Part shown: piece by piece, positions 26,834-36,817 of the stretch
How positions within the stretch are numbered: position 1 is the first letter of the stretch
Layout of the letters: each line of letters opens with the position of its first letter
NCBI GenBank assembly: GCA_964409045.1
Contig: CAYPBU010000002.1
Coordinates: forward strand, 3,160-67,159
Source: an uncultured Anaerolineaceae bacterium
GTDB lineage: Bacteria > Chloroflexota > Anaerolineae > Anaerolineales > Anaerolineaceae
Direction: 5' to 3'
DNA length: 64,000 bases
Made by a program: the position numbers and the translations under genes
The notes under the pieces: model-generated
The model's input: only the letters and a program-made list of their open reading frames with translations
Databases searched by the model: none
What the model was told of the DNA's origin: nothing

Positions 26834-28129
26834 ATGAAAATGATCTATCGCTTTTCACTTGTTGCCATAATACTGAGCCTGGCGCTATCGGCTTGCGTCA
26901 CAACCACTCCACCCACGCCGGAAGCCGCTGACAGCACGATTGTTATCCGCGCTGGCACTGGAGACGGTGGCGATGGGCTTACTCCTCATCAGCAGATCAT
27001 CCAAAACTTTGAGGATCAGAACCCAAATGTGATTGTCCAACTTGAGCCTGTTTCCGGACGGGATTATTATGCCCGCTTACTTACTCAGCTGGCAGCCAAG
27101 GCTGCACCGGATATTATCCAAATTGGGGATGACGCTGTGCCTTCTTTTGTATCCAAGAACGCCTTTGTCCCTCTGGATACTTATCTACAAAACATCAACT
27201 TTGATGCCAGTATCTATCTGCCCGGGCTGTTGGATCCGGGGAAGATCGACGGCAAACAGTATCTCCTCCCCAAAGACTACTCACCACTGGCTGTGTATTA
27301 CAACAAAAATCTGTTTGATGCAGCCTCGGTCCCTTACCCGACAGATGGTTGGACCTGGGAAGATCTGCTCGCTACCGCCCAGGCACTGACCCTGAAGGAC
27401 GCCTCCGGCAACGTAACCCAATGGGGTATCCAGTTGCCGGCTGCCTGGACGACGGGTTTTGAATACTGGGTGGCTGCAGCAGGCGGTTCGCTGATCAGTG
27501 CGGATGGCAAGAGCTACGTCGGTGCCATGGATTCCCCCGAAGTGGCTCGGGCTGTGCAGTTTTATGCCGATCTGTACAACAAGTACCAGGTCGCGCCTCT
27601 GCCAGCGGATATGAATGCCTTTGGTGGGGGAAACAGCGAGTTTGCCAACGGCAAAGCGGCAATGATGCTTTTTGGGCGCTGGCCTCAAGGTGGCTTCAAG
27701 ACCAACCCCAATATTTCCCTTGGTGTGGTCGCACCGCCGCAGGACAAGGTGCGTGCCAACATTCTGTTCTGGGGTGGGTTTGGCATTGCCACTTCTTCCT
27801 CACAAGCAGATACTGCCTTCAAATACCTGAGCTTCGTTTCTGGTGAGCCTGGCGCCCAAGTTTGGAAGGACTGGGCGTTACCTGCTGTGAAGAGTGTCGC
27901 TGAGTCCTCCGGTCTTTCCACGGACCCGATTGAAGGCGTTTGGATTGGGGAGCTGAACCATCTGGTTGCCCGCGCATACACCTTCACCCCCTACTGGAAT
28001 GAAACCGCGGACCCTGCGCTGCGAAGAGTGCTCGAATCGGTCATCCTTGATCCAAATGCTGACGTGCAAACACTGCTAACCCAGGCTGCGATCGATGCCC
28101 AAACTGCGCTGGATAAATTAGGAAAGTAA
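26834..28129 (+). CDS. Extracellular solute-binding lipoprotein (CUT1 sugar ABC system)
   Basis: The lipobox is 'LSLALSAC'. 'LLPKDYSPLAVYYNKNLF' is typical of SBP_bac_1. The RBS GGAGGA precedes the ATG at 26834. Confidence 0.85.
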   Translation: MKMIYRFSLVAIILSLALSACVTTTPPTPEAADSTIVIRAGTGDGGDGLTPHQQIIQNFEDQNPNVIVQLEPVSGRDYYARLLTQLAAKAAPDIIQIGDDAVPSFVSKNAFVPLDTYLQNINFDASIYLPGLLDPGKIDGKQYLLPKDYSPLAVYYNKNLFDAASVPYPTDGWTWEDLLATAQALTLKDASGNVTQWGIQLPAAWTTGFEYWVAAAGGSLISADGKSYVGAMDSPEVARAVQFYADLYNKYQVAPLPADMNAFGGGNSEFANGKAAMMLFGRWPQGGFKTNPNISLGVVAPPQDKVRANILFWGGFGIATSSSQADTAFKYLSFVSGEPGAQVWKDWALPAVKSVAESSGLSTDPIEGVWIGELNHLVARAYTFTPYWNETADPALRRVLESVILDPNADVQTLLTQAAIDAQTALDKLGK

Positions 28130-28149
28130 CACCTTTACAATTGATTGGG

Positions 28150-28196
28150 ATGGAGTGATAGGCGTGCGCTTGCAACGCGCATGCTAATCACTCCAT
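28150..28196 (+). other. Intercistronic compound stem-loop after the solute-binding gene
   Basis: The outer stem ATGGAGTGAT (28150-28159) / ATCACTCCAT (28187-28196) encloses an inner stem GCGTGCGC/GCGCATGC. There is no U-tract. Confidence 0.5.
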
Positions 28197-28226
28197 ATCC
28201 CTTCAAGAAAATAATACGGGCATACA

Positions 28227-29123
28227 TTGTCGACTCGATCTGCAAACCGGAAAGAAGCCCTTCAGTTTTACATTGCCATCGCTCCCTGGCTGGTGGGTTT
28301 TATCCTGTTTACTGCCGGACCAATGTTGATTTCCCTTTGGACCAGTTTCACCGACTGGGATCTGTTGACCGATGCGAAATGGGTGGGGCTGGAGAATTAT
28401 CGCAATCTGACAACCGACCCCACCTTCATCCAATCAATCAAGGTAACGCTTGCATACACTGCAGCGTATGTCCCCTTGGACCTGATGGGGGGTCTGCTTC
28501 TGGCGCTCCTGGTACGCCAGCGCTTAAGGGGGATTGGAATCTACCGTACCATTTTCTACCTGCCAACAGTCTTTTCGGGCGTGGCTTTTGTAGTGGTGTG
28601 GCTGTGGATGCTCAATCCAAACGGAGGATTGATCAACCTTGTCCTTGGTTGGTTTGGAATTGAAGGTCCACGTTGGCTGCTCGATCCAAAATTTGCCTTG
28701 TGGTCTCTGGTGATGATGAGCTTCTGGGGGTGGGGTCGTTCCATGGCTCTCTATCTGGGAGGTATGCAGAGTATCCCTGGTGAGCTTTATGAGGCTGCAG
28801 CCATGGATGGCGCCAGCAGTATTCGCCAGTTTTTCAAGATAACTCTCCCTTTGCTCTCCCCCATCATCTTTTTCAACCTGTTGCTGAGCATCATTGCCAC
28901 CTTCCAATCCTTCACGAGTGCTTTTGTGGCAACCAATGGGGGGCCGCTTGATTCAACCCTTTTCCTGGTCTTGTACATCTACCGCCAGGCTTTTGAGTAT
29001 TTCCACATGGGATACGCGGCTGCCCTCGCCTGGGTGTTGTTTATCATCATCCTTATCCTAACCCTGCTGCTCTTGCGCAGCCAGAAGTTTTGGGTGTTCT
29101 ATCTCGGAGAGCGAAATGATTGA
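28227..29123 (+). CDS. Sugar ABC permease (MalF/CUT1 type)
   Basis: 298 aa and multi-TM, with an EAA-like loop 'YEAAAMDGASSIRQFFKITLPLL'. TTG start. Confidence 0.85.
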   Translation: MSTRSANRKEALQFYIAIAPWLVGFILFTAGPMLISLWTSFTDWDLLTDAKWVGLENYRNLTTDPTFIQSIKVTLAYTAAYVPLDLMGGLLLALLVRQRLRGIGIYRTIFYLPTVFSGVAFVVVWLWMLNPNGGLINLVLGWFGIEGPRWLLDPKFALWSLVMMSFWGWGRSMALYLGGMQSIPGELYEAAAMDGASSIRQFFKITLPLLSPIIFFNLLLSIIATFQSFTSAFVATNGGPLDSTLFLVLYIYRQAFEYFHMGYAAALAWVLFIIILILTLLLLRSQKFWVFYLGERND

Positions 29124-29165
29124 AAGAGTTAATGTTCCCATTCTTCAATCAGGACAGTCACTGAT

Positions 29166-30017
29166 ATGAAAGATTACATCACCCCCATTCTGCAACCCCG
29201 TGGCTGGCGCAAAAGCTTGCGCATCGGATTGCTCATATTAGTGGCAGGACTATTCCTCGCGCCGGTTTTGTGGATGATTTCTTCCTCACTCAAGCCGGAT
29301 TACGAGATTTTTGCCACGCCCCCAACCCTCTGGCCAGTTAGCCCCCGCTGGCAGAATTATGCTGAGGCGCTGACTTCGCTGCCGTTCGGACGTTTCGCCA
29401 TCAACACATTGATCATCGCGCTCAGTACAATTGTTGGGCATCTGCTTTCCTGCTCGATTGTGGCTTACGGTTTTGCCCGATTAAAGGGTCCGGGCAAAGG
29501 CTTCTTCTTTGTCTTAATGCTTTCCACGCTCATGCTGCCTTACCCGGTCACCATGGTGCCGCTATTCATCATCTTTTCAAAACTAGGGATGATCAATAGT
29601 TTTGTCCCACTGATCTTGCCAGCATTTTTTGGTAATGCTTTCTATATCTTCTTGCTGCGCCAATCGTTCAAGCAAATCCCTGTCGACCTTGAAGATGCTG
29701 CCCGATTGGATGGGGCTGGAACTTTACAGGTGCTGATGAACGTAATCTTGCCGCTCTCGCGACCCGCACTGGCAACCGTGGCGATTTTCACCTTCCAGGC
29801 TGCCTGGAATGATTTTCTGGGTCCGCTGATTTTCCTGCATGACCAGTCACTCTACACGCTGCAACTTGGATTAAGTCTTTTCCGCGGTGCTTACAATGTG
29901 CAATGGTCCTACCTGATGGCGGCTTCACTGGTGGTCACCCTGCCCGTGATCGTCACATTCTTTATCGCGCAGAAATCCTTCATTGAGGGAGTTGGTTTTA
30001 CAGGTACTAAATTGTGA
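29166..30017 (+). CDS. Sugar ABC permease (MalG/CUT1 type)
   Basis: 283 aa, with the EAA loop 'EDAARLDGAGTLQVLMNVILPLSRPAL'. Confidence 0.85.
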   Translation: MKDYITPILQPRGWRKSLRIGLLILVAGLFLAPVLWMISSSLKPDYEIFATPPTLWPVSPRWQNYAEALTSLPFGRFAINTLIIALSTIVGHLLSCSIVAYGFARLKGPGKGFFFVLMLSTLMLPYPVTMVPLFIIFSKLGMINSFVPLILPAFFGNAFYIFLLRQSFKQIPVDLEDAARLDGAGTLQVLMNVILPLSRPALATVAIFTFQAAWNDFLGPLIFLHDQSLYTLQLGLSLFRGAYNVQWSYLMAASLVVTLPVIVTFFIAQKSFIEGVGFTGTKL

Positions 30018-30185
30018 GTCACTGATCATCACACAGGTGAACTCCTCTAAGTAGTACGGGAAAAGAATCCTAAATCGGAACGAGATGCCACTTTAATTGC
30101 AGCATTCTCTATACAAGTGCTGGTAGTAAACACGATATTTATTGTACGATTTGCAACATAGTCTTTCTAGATTAGGAGATGACTT

Positions 30186-31016
30186 ATGGGCAAATCACTG
30201 TTAATGATCTCGATCTGTATGATCCTGCTCTCAACTGGCTGCGGAGCGCCTGCCCCGGCAGCTGTACTACAAACGCCAACCCCGGCGGCCATTCCCACCA
30301 CGCCGACACCTCCAGCCAGTTCCCCTACGCCTTCCCCCACCACGGAACCCACCCATGAGGCTACCTCCATGATCACACCCAACCCAAACCTGCAAACCAA
30401 GGATCTCTCATCCTTCGTGGATGCCTGGAACAGCCGTGATGTCCAATCCATTAGTGCGCTCTATTCAGAGCAAGCCAGGATCATGTCCGAAATCGAATTA
30501 GACAAGTTAGAGAGGCAAACGCCAGTCGAAATCAACATAAGTGATGAATTGATTGCTGGATACTTGCAGTCCATCCCGCAATCCATGAAACTGCGTGTCA
30601 TAGGCGAGCCTTTGATGGTCTTCGATAAGCTGGTGGCTTACACCTACCGGATTGAAGGCGAAACGGATGGCTATAACGCTGCTGGTTTGCTGCGATATGA
30701 GGGTGACAAGATCTACCAGCACGTGTTCCTGGTATCGGATAAGCTCACAAGCAACGCCGCAACCAACAAAGATCCATTACTGGAAGCCCCCATTGGTCAG
30801 ATGTTGCAAGCCTGGCTGGAAAGCGACCTGCAAACCGCCTCGACTGTCTATTCCGACGACGCTATCATCCTCAGCGACGAAGACATCGCCCAGGCAAAGT
30901 GGCGTGATTTCCAAACCCCACCCTCGCTCGACCAACTATTTAAGCAATTCTCCGGGTGGAAACCCGAATTGGACAGTCCTCTGGTTCAGTTGGGAGACAT
31001 GGTAATTTTTGCCTAG
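30186..31016 (+). CDS. Lipoprotein with a Pro/Thr linker and two SnoaL/NTF2-like repeats; the second repeat is cut by an in-frame TAG
   Basis: The lipobox is 'LLSTGC', followed by a PT-rich linker and the repeats 'DAWNSRDVQSISALYSEQARI' and 'LQAWLESDLQTASTVYSDDAII'. The frame stays open for 44 more codons after the TAG at 31014-31016, up to the TGA at 31149-31151. Confidence 0.7.
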   Translation: MGKSLLMISICMILLSTGCGAPAPAAVLQTPTPAAIPTTPTPPASSPTPSPTTEPTHEATSMITPNPNLQTKDLSSFVDAWNSRDVQSISALYSEQARIMSEIELDKLERQTPVEINISDELIAGYLQSIPQSMKLRVIGEPLMVFDKLVAYTYRIEGETDGYNAAGLLRYEGDKIYQHVFLVSDKLTSNAATNKDPLLEAPIGQMLQAWLESDLQTASTVYSDDAIILSDEDIAQAKWRDFQTPPSLDQLFKQFSGWKPELDSPLVQLGDMVIFA

Positions 31017-31366
31017 GGATGGAGCATCAGGAGTTTTCCGGCGGGTCATGGCGTGCGTTTGGTGAAAATCCAGGACGGGATAATCTCGGCAGATATTCGC
31101 TACGCGATCCGCCCCTGGGAGGTTGAAGGAAGAGAATTTTCTTCTGATTGATCCAGGTGTGAAGAACCACCTCAGTCAGTTTTGTATTCTCTGCGAAATT
31201 AGTTACCTACTGTTTTTCTCTCCTATGGTATCCAAAAACGCGGGGAAGCCAGGGAAAATTGACCTTACGGTCCAGATCCCAAAAGCGGGGGTTGGTAGTT
31301 TACCCAGCGTCGCAAACACAGGCAAAGCCCATCGGGGGTACCCCCTCCGTTCCCGGCAATTAAAGC

Positions 31367-31398
31367 AAAACCAGAGTCACTCAGGCTCTGGTTTTCTA
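31367..31398. terminator. Bidirectional rho-independent terminator
   Basis: The stem AAAACCAGAG (31367-31376) / CTCTGGTTTT (31386-31395) has a 9-nt loop. A and T runs flank both sides. It lies between convergent genes. Confidence 0.7.
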
Positions 31399-31417
31399 TA
31401 AACTACTGGTAAAAACG

Positions 31418-32029
31418 TTACGGCGCGTTTGGTTCAGGAGCTTGATAACGATTCCGTTCAACAAACTGAGTCATTTGCACGGCATCTGGTTGGGTGAAAT
31501 TGAGAATTCTCCCCCATGACGTCATTGCCAGGGGAACATCCATATCCGCCCATGGAAAAGCGATCAGTTTAGTTTTCCCGGTTTTATCCATCACCGTCTG
31601 AATAGTCTGCTTTAGTTCAGTACAATCAGTACCCGTGACTTGGCAGTTGTACCAAAAAATTACATAACCATGTTCAAGGCTGTGTACCAGATATCCTTCA
31701 GGATGGGCGGGCAGGGTTGGGAGATCGCTTTCTTGAAAGAAATTTTCTGAAAAATCTGTGTCAAAATGGGTGCCACCAGCTGGAGGGTTTGAGTTGTACG
31801 GCCCTGGTATGCTGTCATTCGGAACATGATTCGCCGATGCTATGGCTACTTCATCACCCATTAGTTCAACGGAATTTGCCGGTTTACGTGTAAATATGAT
31901 GAGGATTGCAACCAAAGCAATAACTGCCAAGGGTAATCCAATAAACAAGGTTAGTTTTTGACGTGCCGCTTTTTTTCGATTGGCTTCATGTATTATTTGT
32001 CTGTCAGTTTTTTTCATACAACCTCTCAA
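31418..32029 (-). CDS. DUF3105-domain membrane-anchored protein
   Basis: An N-terminal TM is present, and 'HSLEHGYVIFWYNC' is the characteristic DUF3105 motif. Confidence 0.8.
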   Translation of the reverse strand: MRGCMKKTDRQIIHEANRKKAARQKLTLFIGLPLAVIALVAILIIFTRKPANSVELMGDEVAIASANHVPNDSIPGPYNSNPPAGGTHFDTDFSENFFQESDLPTLPAHPEGYLVHSLEHGYVIFWYNCQVTGTDCTELKQTIQTVMDKTGKTKLIAFPWADMDVPLAMTSWGRILNFTQPDAVQMTQFVERNRYQAPEPNAP

Positions 32030-32178
32030 TGTAATATGAAGAATACATTCAAATTTAGAATATTAAGTGCATCAGCTTATTAATTAGAAAATATAATCCT
32101 CGCAGGTCTGAATATCCAGTTGTTATACAGCCCTTCATTGGTCAAGCGCTCCCTCATTGAGTAGAATGTAAGGGAATT

Positions 32179-32709
32179 ATGATGCCCTCCGATAAGATCA
32201 TCCTCGAATCAGACAGACTCATCCTTAGACGCTTCGTAAATGAAGACTTGGATGAATTATGGGCACTGTATTGCGATTCCGAAATCACCAGGTTCATTCC
32301 TGATGCACCCAAAACCATGGGTGAAGCCAGAGTAGAATTGGAATGGCATATGTCCGGTCACCCCAATCATCCTGATCTGGGGTTGTGGGCGACCATCCAC
32401 AAAGCAACACACAAGTTCATTGGTCGTTGCGGTCTACTTCCCTGGACCATTGACGGACACGAGGAAGTCGAAGTTGCCTATACCATCGCCAGAGGTTTTT
32501 GGGGCCAGTGCCTGGGCACCGAGGCAGCGCAAGCCATCGAAAACTATGCCTTTGAACACTTAAAGTTGACTCGTTTGGTTTGCTTGATCGACCCAGCTAA
32601 TAGCGCTTCTGCGAAAGTGGCTCAAAATATCGGCATGACTTTTGAAAAAGTAAGCGAAGACGAGTTCGGACCATTTCATCTATACTCCATAAACAAATTC
32701 CCAAATTGA
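32179..32709 (+). CDS. GNAT-family N-acetyltransferase (RimJ/RimL-like)
   Basis: 'SDRLILRRFVNEDLDELWALY' and 'GFWGQCLGTEAAQAIENYAFEHLKLTRL' fit this family. 176 aa. Confidence 0.85.
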   Translation: MMPSDKIILESDRLILRRFVNEDLDELWALYCDSEITRFIPDAPKTMGEARVELEWHMSGHPNHPDLGLWATIHKATHKFIGRCGLLPWTIDGHEEVEVAYTIARGFWGQCLGTEAAQAIENYAFEHLKLTRLVCLIDPANSASAKVAQNIGMTFEKVSEDEFGPFHLYSINKFPN

Positions 32710-32851
32710 TTCTTACCGCGTTATTGCTCTTGGTGGACCTGTAAAGTCAGCCTATTTGATCCAACGCTTTACAAAAGATAACAAAACCGGTTGTACTTAC
32801 CTTACAATTTCCAATTATGAAGCATGTCTTATCGCCAAATATGAGGCTTAA

Positions 32852-33979
32852 TTGAAGAAACTTACACTAATCACTTTCCTGGTGGTTTTTGCTTGCCTGA
32901 TCGCAGCGTGTAATCCCACCGTTAGCGTGAACCCAGCGCCTGCAACGCAGCCTGTCTCTACCCCGGGCATTGCATCCAACACGGTTACGCCAGACGTGCT
33001 GGATGAAACCTACACAAAAAGAGACGGTATCGGAGTAATCTACTTTGCCGGCGGTTGTTTCTGGGGTGTGGAAAAACTGATGCAATCCATTCCGGGCGTG
33101 GTCAACGCGACCAGTGGCTATGCCAATGGGCAGTCAATTATCAAACCGACGTACTCGATAGTAATCTCTGGAACAACCGGCTACCGGGAAACGGTGCGCG
33201 TCGAATACAAGACTGACCAGCTTAGCCTTGACGCTCTTGTCTTTGCCTATTTCCGCGTGATTGACCCCACAGTCGAAAACGCTCAGGGATTCGATGTTGG
33301 TACCCAATATCAAACCGGTATCTACTACCTCGACGAGGCTGCAAAGGACACCGTCGAACGCATCGTGACCATCGTGAAGGAACGGTATCAGAAATTTGTC
33401 GTCGAAATTGAACCCCTGGAACGATTTTTCGACGCGGAAGACTACCACCAAAATTACCTGGATAAAGTCCCTGGGGGGTATTGTCACGTCCCCAAAGCTG
33501 AGATTTCCTCTATCAGCAATATGATTGTCGACCCAGGCAAGTACCCCCGCCCTGCGAATGAGTTGATCAAAAGTATGCTCAACGACAGACAATTCAACGT
33601 AACCCAACTGGCTGGCACGGAACCTCCCTTTGATAACGAGTATTGGGATAGCTACGAACGCGGAATCTATGTTGATATCGTCACAGGTGAGCCTTTGTTC
33701 TCATCCAGTGACAAATTTGTCAGCGAGACTGGGTGGCCAAGTTTCACGAAGGGGATTGACGAAAACACCTTTGTCCTTGTTCCTGACAATTCCCTTGGCA
33801 TGGTACGTACCGAAGTCCGCAGCCGGGCAGGCAACTCACACCTGGGGCATCTATTTGAAAACGATCCCAACTCTCCAAATGGCATCAGATACTGCATCAA
33901 CAGCGCCGCGCTCAGATTCGTGCCGTACGAAAAGATGGAAGCCGAAGGATATGGCTACCTTTTGGAGTTTGTCGATTAG
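32852..33979 (+). CDS. msrAB: Bifunctional peptide-methionine sulfoxide reductase MsrA/MsrB, lipoprotein form
   Basis: '[10 protein letters not shown]' is the MsrA motif. 'GWPSF' and 'RYCINSAAL' are MsrB motifs. The lipobox is 'LIAAC'. TTG start. Confidence 0.9.
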   Translation: MKKLTLITFLVVFACLIAACNPTVSVNPAPATQPVSTPGIASNTVTPDVLDETYTKRDGIGVIYFAGGCFWGVEKLMQSIPGVVNATSGYANGQSIIKPTYSIVISGTTGYRETVRVEYKTDQLSLDALVFAYFRVIDPTVENAQGFDVGTQYQTGIYYLDEAAKDTVERIVTIVKERYQKFVVEIEPLERFFDAEDYHQNYLDKVPGGYCHVPKAEISSISNMIVDPGKYPRPANELIKSMLNDRQFNVTQLAGTEPPFDNEYWDSYERGIYVDIVTGEPLFSSSDKFVSETGWPSFTKGIDENTFVLVPDNSLGMVRTEVRSRAGNSHLGHLFENDPNSPNGIRYCINSAALRFVPYEKMEAEGYGYLLEFVD

Positions 33980-34021
33980 TCAGTCTGACACAAGGAAGAA
34001 TCTCCTGGCAGACTGCCAAAG

Positions 34022-36589
34022 TCATTTACCTGCCTGATCCAAAAAGCTGGCAACCCAAACCAGTGGCGCGTTCCAGTTGATGGCGACTTCGTTGGTTGTG
34101 TACGATTGCAGCTCGTCCAAATAGCGCTTTGAAGGCGGCTGGCTTTTGAGGTCTGCCGCATCGGAGGGCGGATCGGCTGGGTTGAAGTTGGGTCCGCCAG
34201 AGAGCGCACCGGGAGGCGGTGCGGGGAAACCGCGCGCTGGGTCATTTGCCCAGAAGCGGTGGTGCGGATGTTGCATCGGATACGAGCCATATCCCGCGAC
34301 AAAGCTCTTGTTCAACGCGTTTCGCCCCAGGATGTAATCCATACTCAGCCGAACGCTGTCCAGATAGCGCGCATCGCCTGTGAGTTTGTGCGCCATGCTT
34401 GTCAGCAGCATGTTGTTCATGATGAGACCGTTCGAGCCCCAGGGGTAATCTTCATCAATCAACACCCGGTAGCCATCTTTTTCCTGTACCTTGATCAGCT
34501 CATCAGCGTAAGCGATGACCGCCTGTTGCAGGGCGGCTTTTTGTTCAGCGGAAAGCGAGGTTTCTTGCGTCAGCAGGGAGATGGTGCCCAGGGGCGCCAC
34601 ATGCCCCCAATCAAAGGCGTCTGCCGCGGCAAACTCCGGTGAACTGAGTAGGAATTCCTTAAACTCATCTTTACCGGTGGTGATGAACAGCTCTGAAGCT
34701 GCCCAATAGAATTCATCACTGAGGTTTTCATCCGGATAATTTCCACCTCCCACGCCAGGGGTGTTCCCAGCGTAGATATTGGGGTTCTCCAGCGCGGCTT
34801 TCCAGGCGGTTTCGGCTGCTGCCAGGCATCTGTCAGCAAAGGGTTGATCGAGACCGATCCAGATGCGCGAGCACTGCGCCGCGGTGGCGGCAAGGTTGAG
34901 CGTTGCAGCCGTACTTGGCGGGAACAGGTAGCGCCCCTGGCCGGGCAGCGCGTGGTCGTTATCGTTATTCACTTCGGTGGGGGGCACCACGGGCATCCCA
35001 GCCCATGATTCGTCGTGGAGTTTGTGATGCGCCATGCCGGCTTTTGGCTGCCCCTCGGGCACCTGCATCGCCAGCAAAAACTCCATTTCCCAGCGGGCTT
35101 CATCCAGCAGGTCAGAGATGCCGTTGCCCTGCTCAGGGATCATTTGTGAGCCGTCAGGGAAGCCTTCCCAGCCCTGTTCGTAAAGATTCAGCAGGGTCCA
35201 GACGGTGATTCCGCCATTGACCACGTACTTGCCAAAATCACCAGCGTCGTACCAACCGCCGAGGGCATTGAGCGTGTAGTCGCAACCAGGCCAATCGACA
35301 CCATCTGCATCTGTACCCTTGTAACAGGTCACATTGGCGTCGGTCACGTGCCCCGCGGGGCGCGCCAAATCCTTACCGGCATATTTTTCTTCGATTGCGA
35401 CGCCGCTGCGGTTCAGGTAAAAATAGGTCAGGGCGTCATGTTTGAGGCGGGTGAAGAGGTCATCAGCTATCTTAAAAGGAACGCTTGTCAATCCCGCGGC
35501 TTCCAGGGTGTAAGCTTCGCCGGGCTCTGTGTAGACCGAAAAGTCGATCTCGTGCAGATTGTCGCCGGAGTTGGCATCCTTTCCTTTATAAGTGGTGAGA
35601 CCGCTGAGCACTTCTTCACCAGCAGCGGTTTTCAGTACCCAGTTTAGTGGTTCAGTGGCATCGGATGCGACCAAAGCGATCTTGATGGCGTTCGCGGAAT
35701 ACCCCACCTGGTTGACGCTCACCAACGGCGGAATCACTTCCGGACCCGGGGTGGGGGTAGGCTCAGCCGCGGCGGCAACCACGCTCGGTTGCGGGATGTC
35801 CGTCCTGCCGAGTTCGAAGAAGAGCGCTCGGCCGAACAACCTGGGGTTCTGCCACGAGGTGTCATTGGTGTCAGCGTTTGACCAGATCAGCTTGATGTCC
35901 CGGTCCTGGGTGGAAGCGCCATTAATTTGCGCCTGAAAGCCGAATTCCTTACCGTGGGTTACTTCGAGAAGATCTTTTAGCGACAGCGCAGCTTCAAAGC
36001 CCCAGCCGTCGTTGGTTTTAAAGACGAATCCGCTTACTTTCGCATCCGAGCTGAAGACCCCTGTGATCGTCAGCTCGTTTGGATCAGTGTTTCCGATATC
36101 GGACGCATTGAGATTCACCTGCATCATTTTCAAGGAGTAAGAGGTGGCGCTTAGGTCGCCGGAAGCGTTGATATAAAATTCCATCGAGTCCTCATTCCAG
36201 AACTCCGTACCGTGCTTGCCCGTTATGATGGTCTTATCCGGCATTTGCATGGTAATGTAGAGGTTCTCCAGGTCAGCTGCGAGTGAGAACGTGAAAGTCC
36301 CGTTTTCGGCAGGATCTGCTGAGGGCGTGGGACCCCGATCGACTAAAATCACGGGTAGGTCTGCCCAATCTGAAAGGTCACCATCTATGGTAATTTTCAC
36401 AGGGAAGGGCACGTAAACCACTTCACCGCTGATCTCAGCGGGAACAGACAGGGTTTGTTCTGGAGCAGCAGGTTTGGTCACTTGATCCTCCTGGGGTATT
36501 TCGGCAGTGGGAGACCCACCACAAGCTGATAAAGCCAGTGTAAAAGCTATAAAGACCATGAGTAGAACTTTCAGGGATATTTTCATCAC
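34022..36589 (-). CDS. Glycoside hydrolase family 9 endoglucanase with an N-terminal CBM9-like module and an Ig-like module
   Basis: The GH9 motifs are 'GGWYDAGDFGKYV', 'HHRFW' and 'YTTNEVAINWNAPLV'. The N-terminus has 'FWNEDSMEFYINASGD' (CBM9-like). The lipobox is 'LALSAC'. Confidence 0.9.
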   Translation of the reverse strand: MMKISLKVLLMVFIAFTLALSACGGSPTAEIPQEDQVTKPAAPEQTLSVPAEISGEVVYVPFPVKITIDGDLSDWADLPVILVDRGPTPSADPAENGTFTFSLAADLENLYITMQMPDKTIITGKHGTEFWNEDSMEFYINASGDLSATSYSLKMMQVNLNASDIGNTDPNELTITGVFSSDAKVSGFVFKTNDGWGFEAALSLKDLLEVTHGKEFGFQAQINGASTQDRDIKLIWSNADTNDTSWQNPRLFGRALFFELGRTDIPQPSVVAAAAEPTPTPGPEVIPPLVSVNQVGYSANAIKIALVASDATEPLNWVLKTAAGEEVLSGLTTYKGKDANSGDNLHEIDFSVYTEPGEAYTLEAAGLTSVPFKIADDLFTRLKHDALTYFYLNRSGVAIEEKYAGKDLARPAGHVTDANVTCYKGTDADGVDWPGCDYTLNALGGWYDAGDFGKYVVNGGITVWTLLNLYEQGWEGFPDGSQMIPEQGNGISDLLDEARWEMEFLLAMQVPEGQPKAGMAHHKLHDESWAGMPVVPPTEVNNDNDHALPGQGRYLFPPSTAATLNLAATAAQCSRIWIGLDQPFADRCLAAAETAWKAALENPNIYAGNTPGVGGGNYPDENLSDEFYWAASELFITTGKDEFKEFLLSSPEFAAADAFDWGHVAPLGTISLLTQETSLSAEQKAALQQAVIAYADELIKVQEKDGYRVLIDEDYPWGSNGLIMNNMLLTSMAHKLTGDARYLDSVRLSMDYILGRNALNKSFVAGYGSYPMQHPHHRFWANDPARGFPAPPPGALSGGPNFNPADPPSDAADLKSQPPSKRYLDELQSYTTNEVAINWNAPLVWVASFLDQAGK

Positions 36590-36760
36590 GCTTCCTCCTG
36601 ACTGTCCGCTCTGATGCAGGGCAGGTCAGATACTGATTATATCCGATGGACGCAAAACGCCAAATGAATCTATCCAATTGTCACCTTGTTTCGTGATTGT
36701 ATTAAAGTGAATGTGGACAAAAATTGCCACTTGATTTTTTCCGTAAATCCCCTCTAATAA

Positions 36761-36789
36761 GGTTAGTTTATTGCCGCAATAAACTAACC
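36761..36789. promoter_or_regulatory. 13-bp perfect inverted repeat, candidate operator for the ROK regulator
   Basis: GGTTAGTTTATTG-ccg-CAATAAACTAACC lies 29 nt upstream of the ROK gene start, in the divergent region shared with the GH9 gene. Confidence 0.45.
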
Positions 36790-36817
36790 CGTTCTCTGTT
36801 CATCACTCAAAGGTCCT

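Noticed and set aside
31123-31401. 92-aa plus-strand ORF between the lipoprotein gene and the terminator
   Set aside because: It has a non-ATG start, no RBS and no motifs. The region is better explained as the untranslated tail of the truncated lipoprotein gene.
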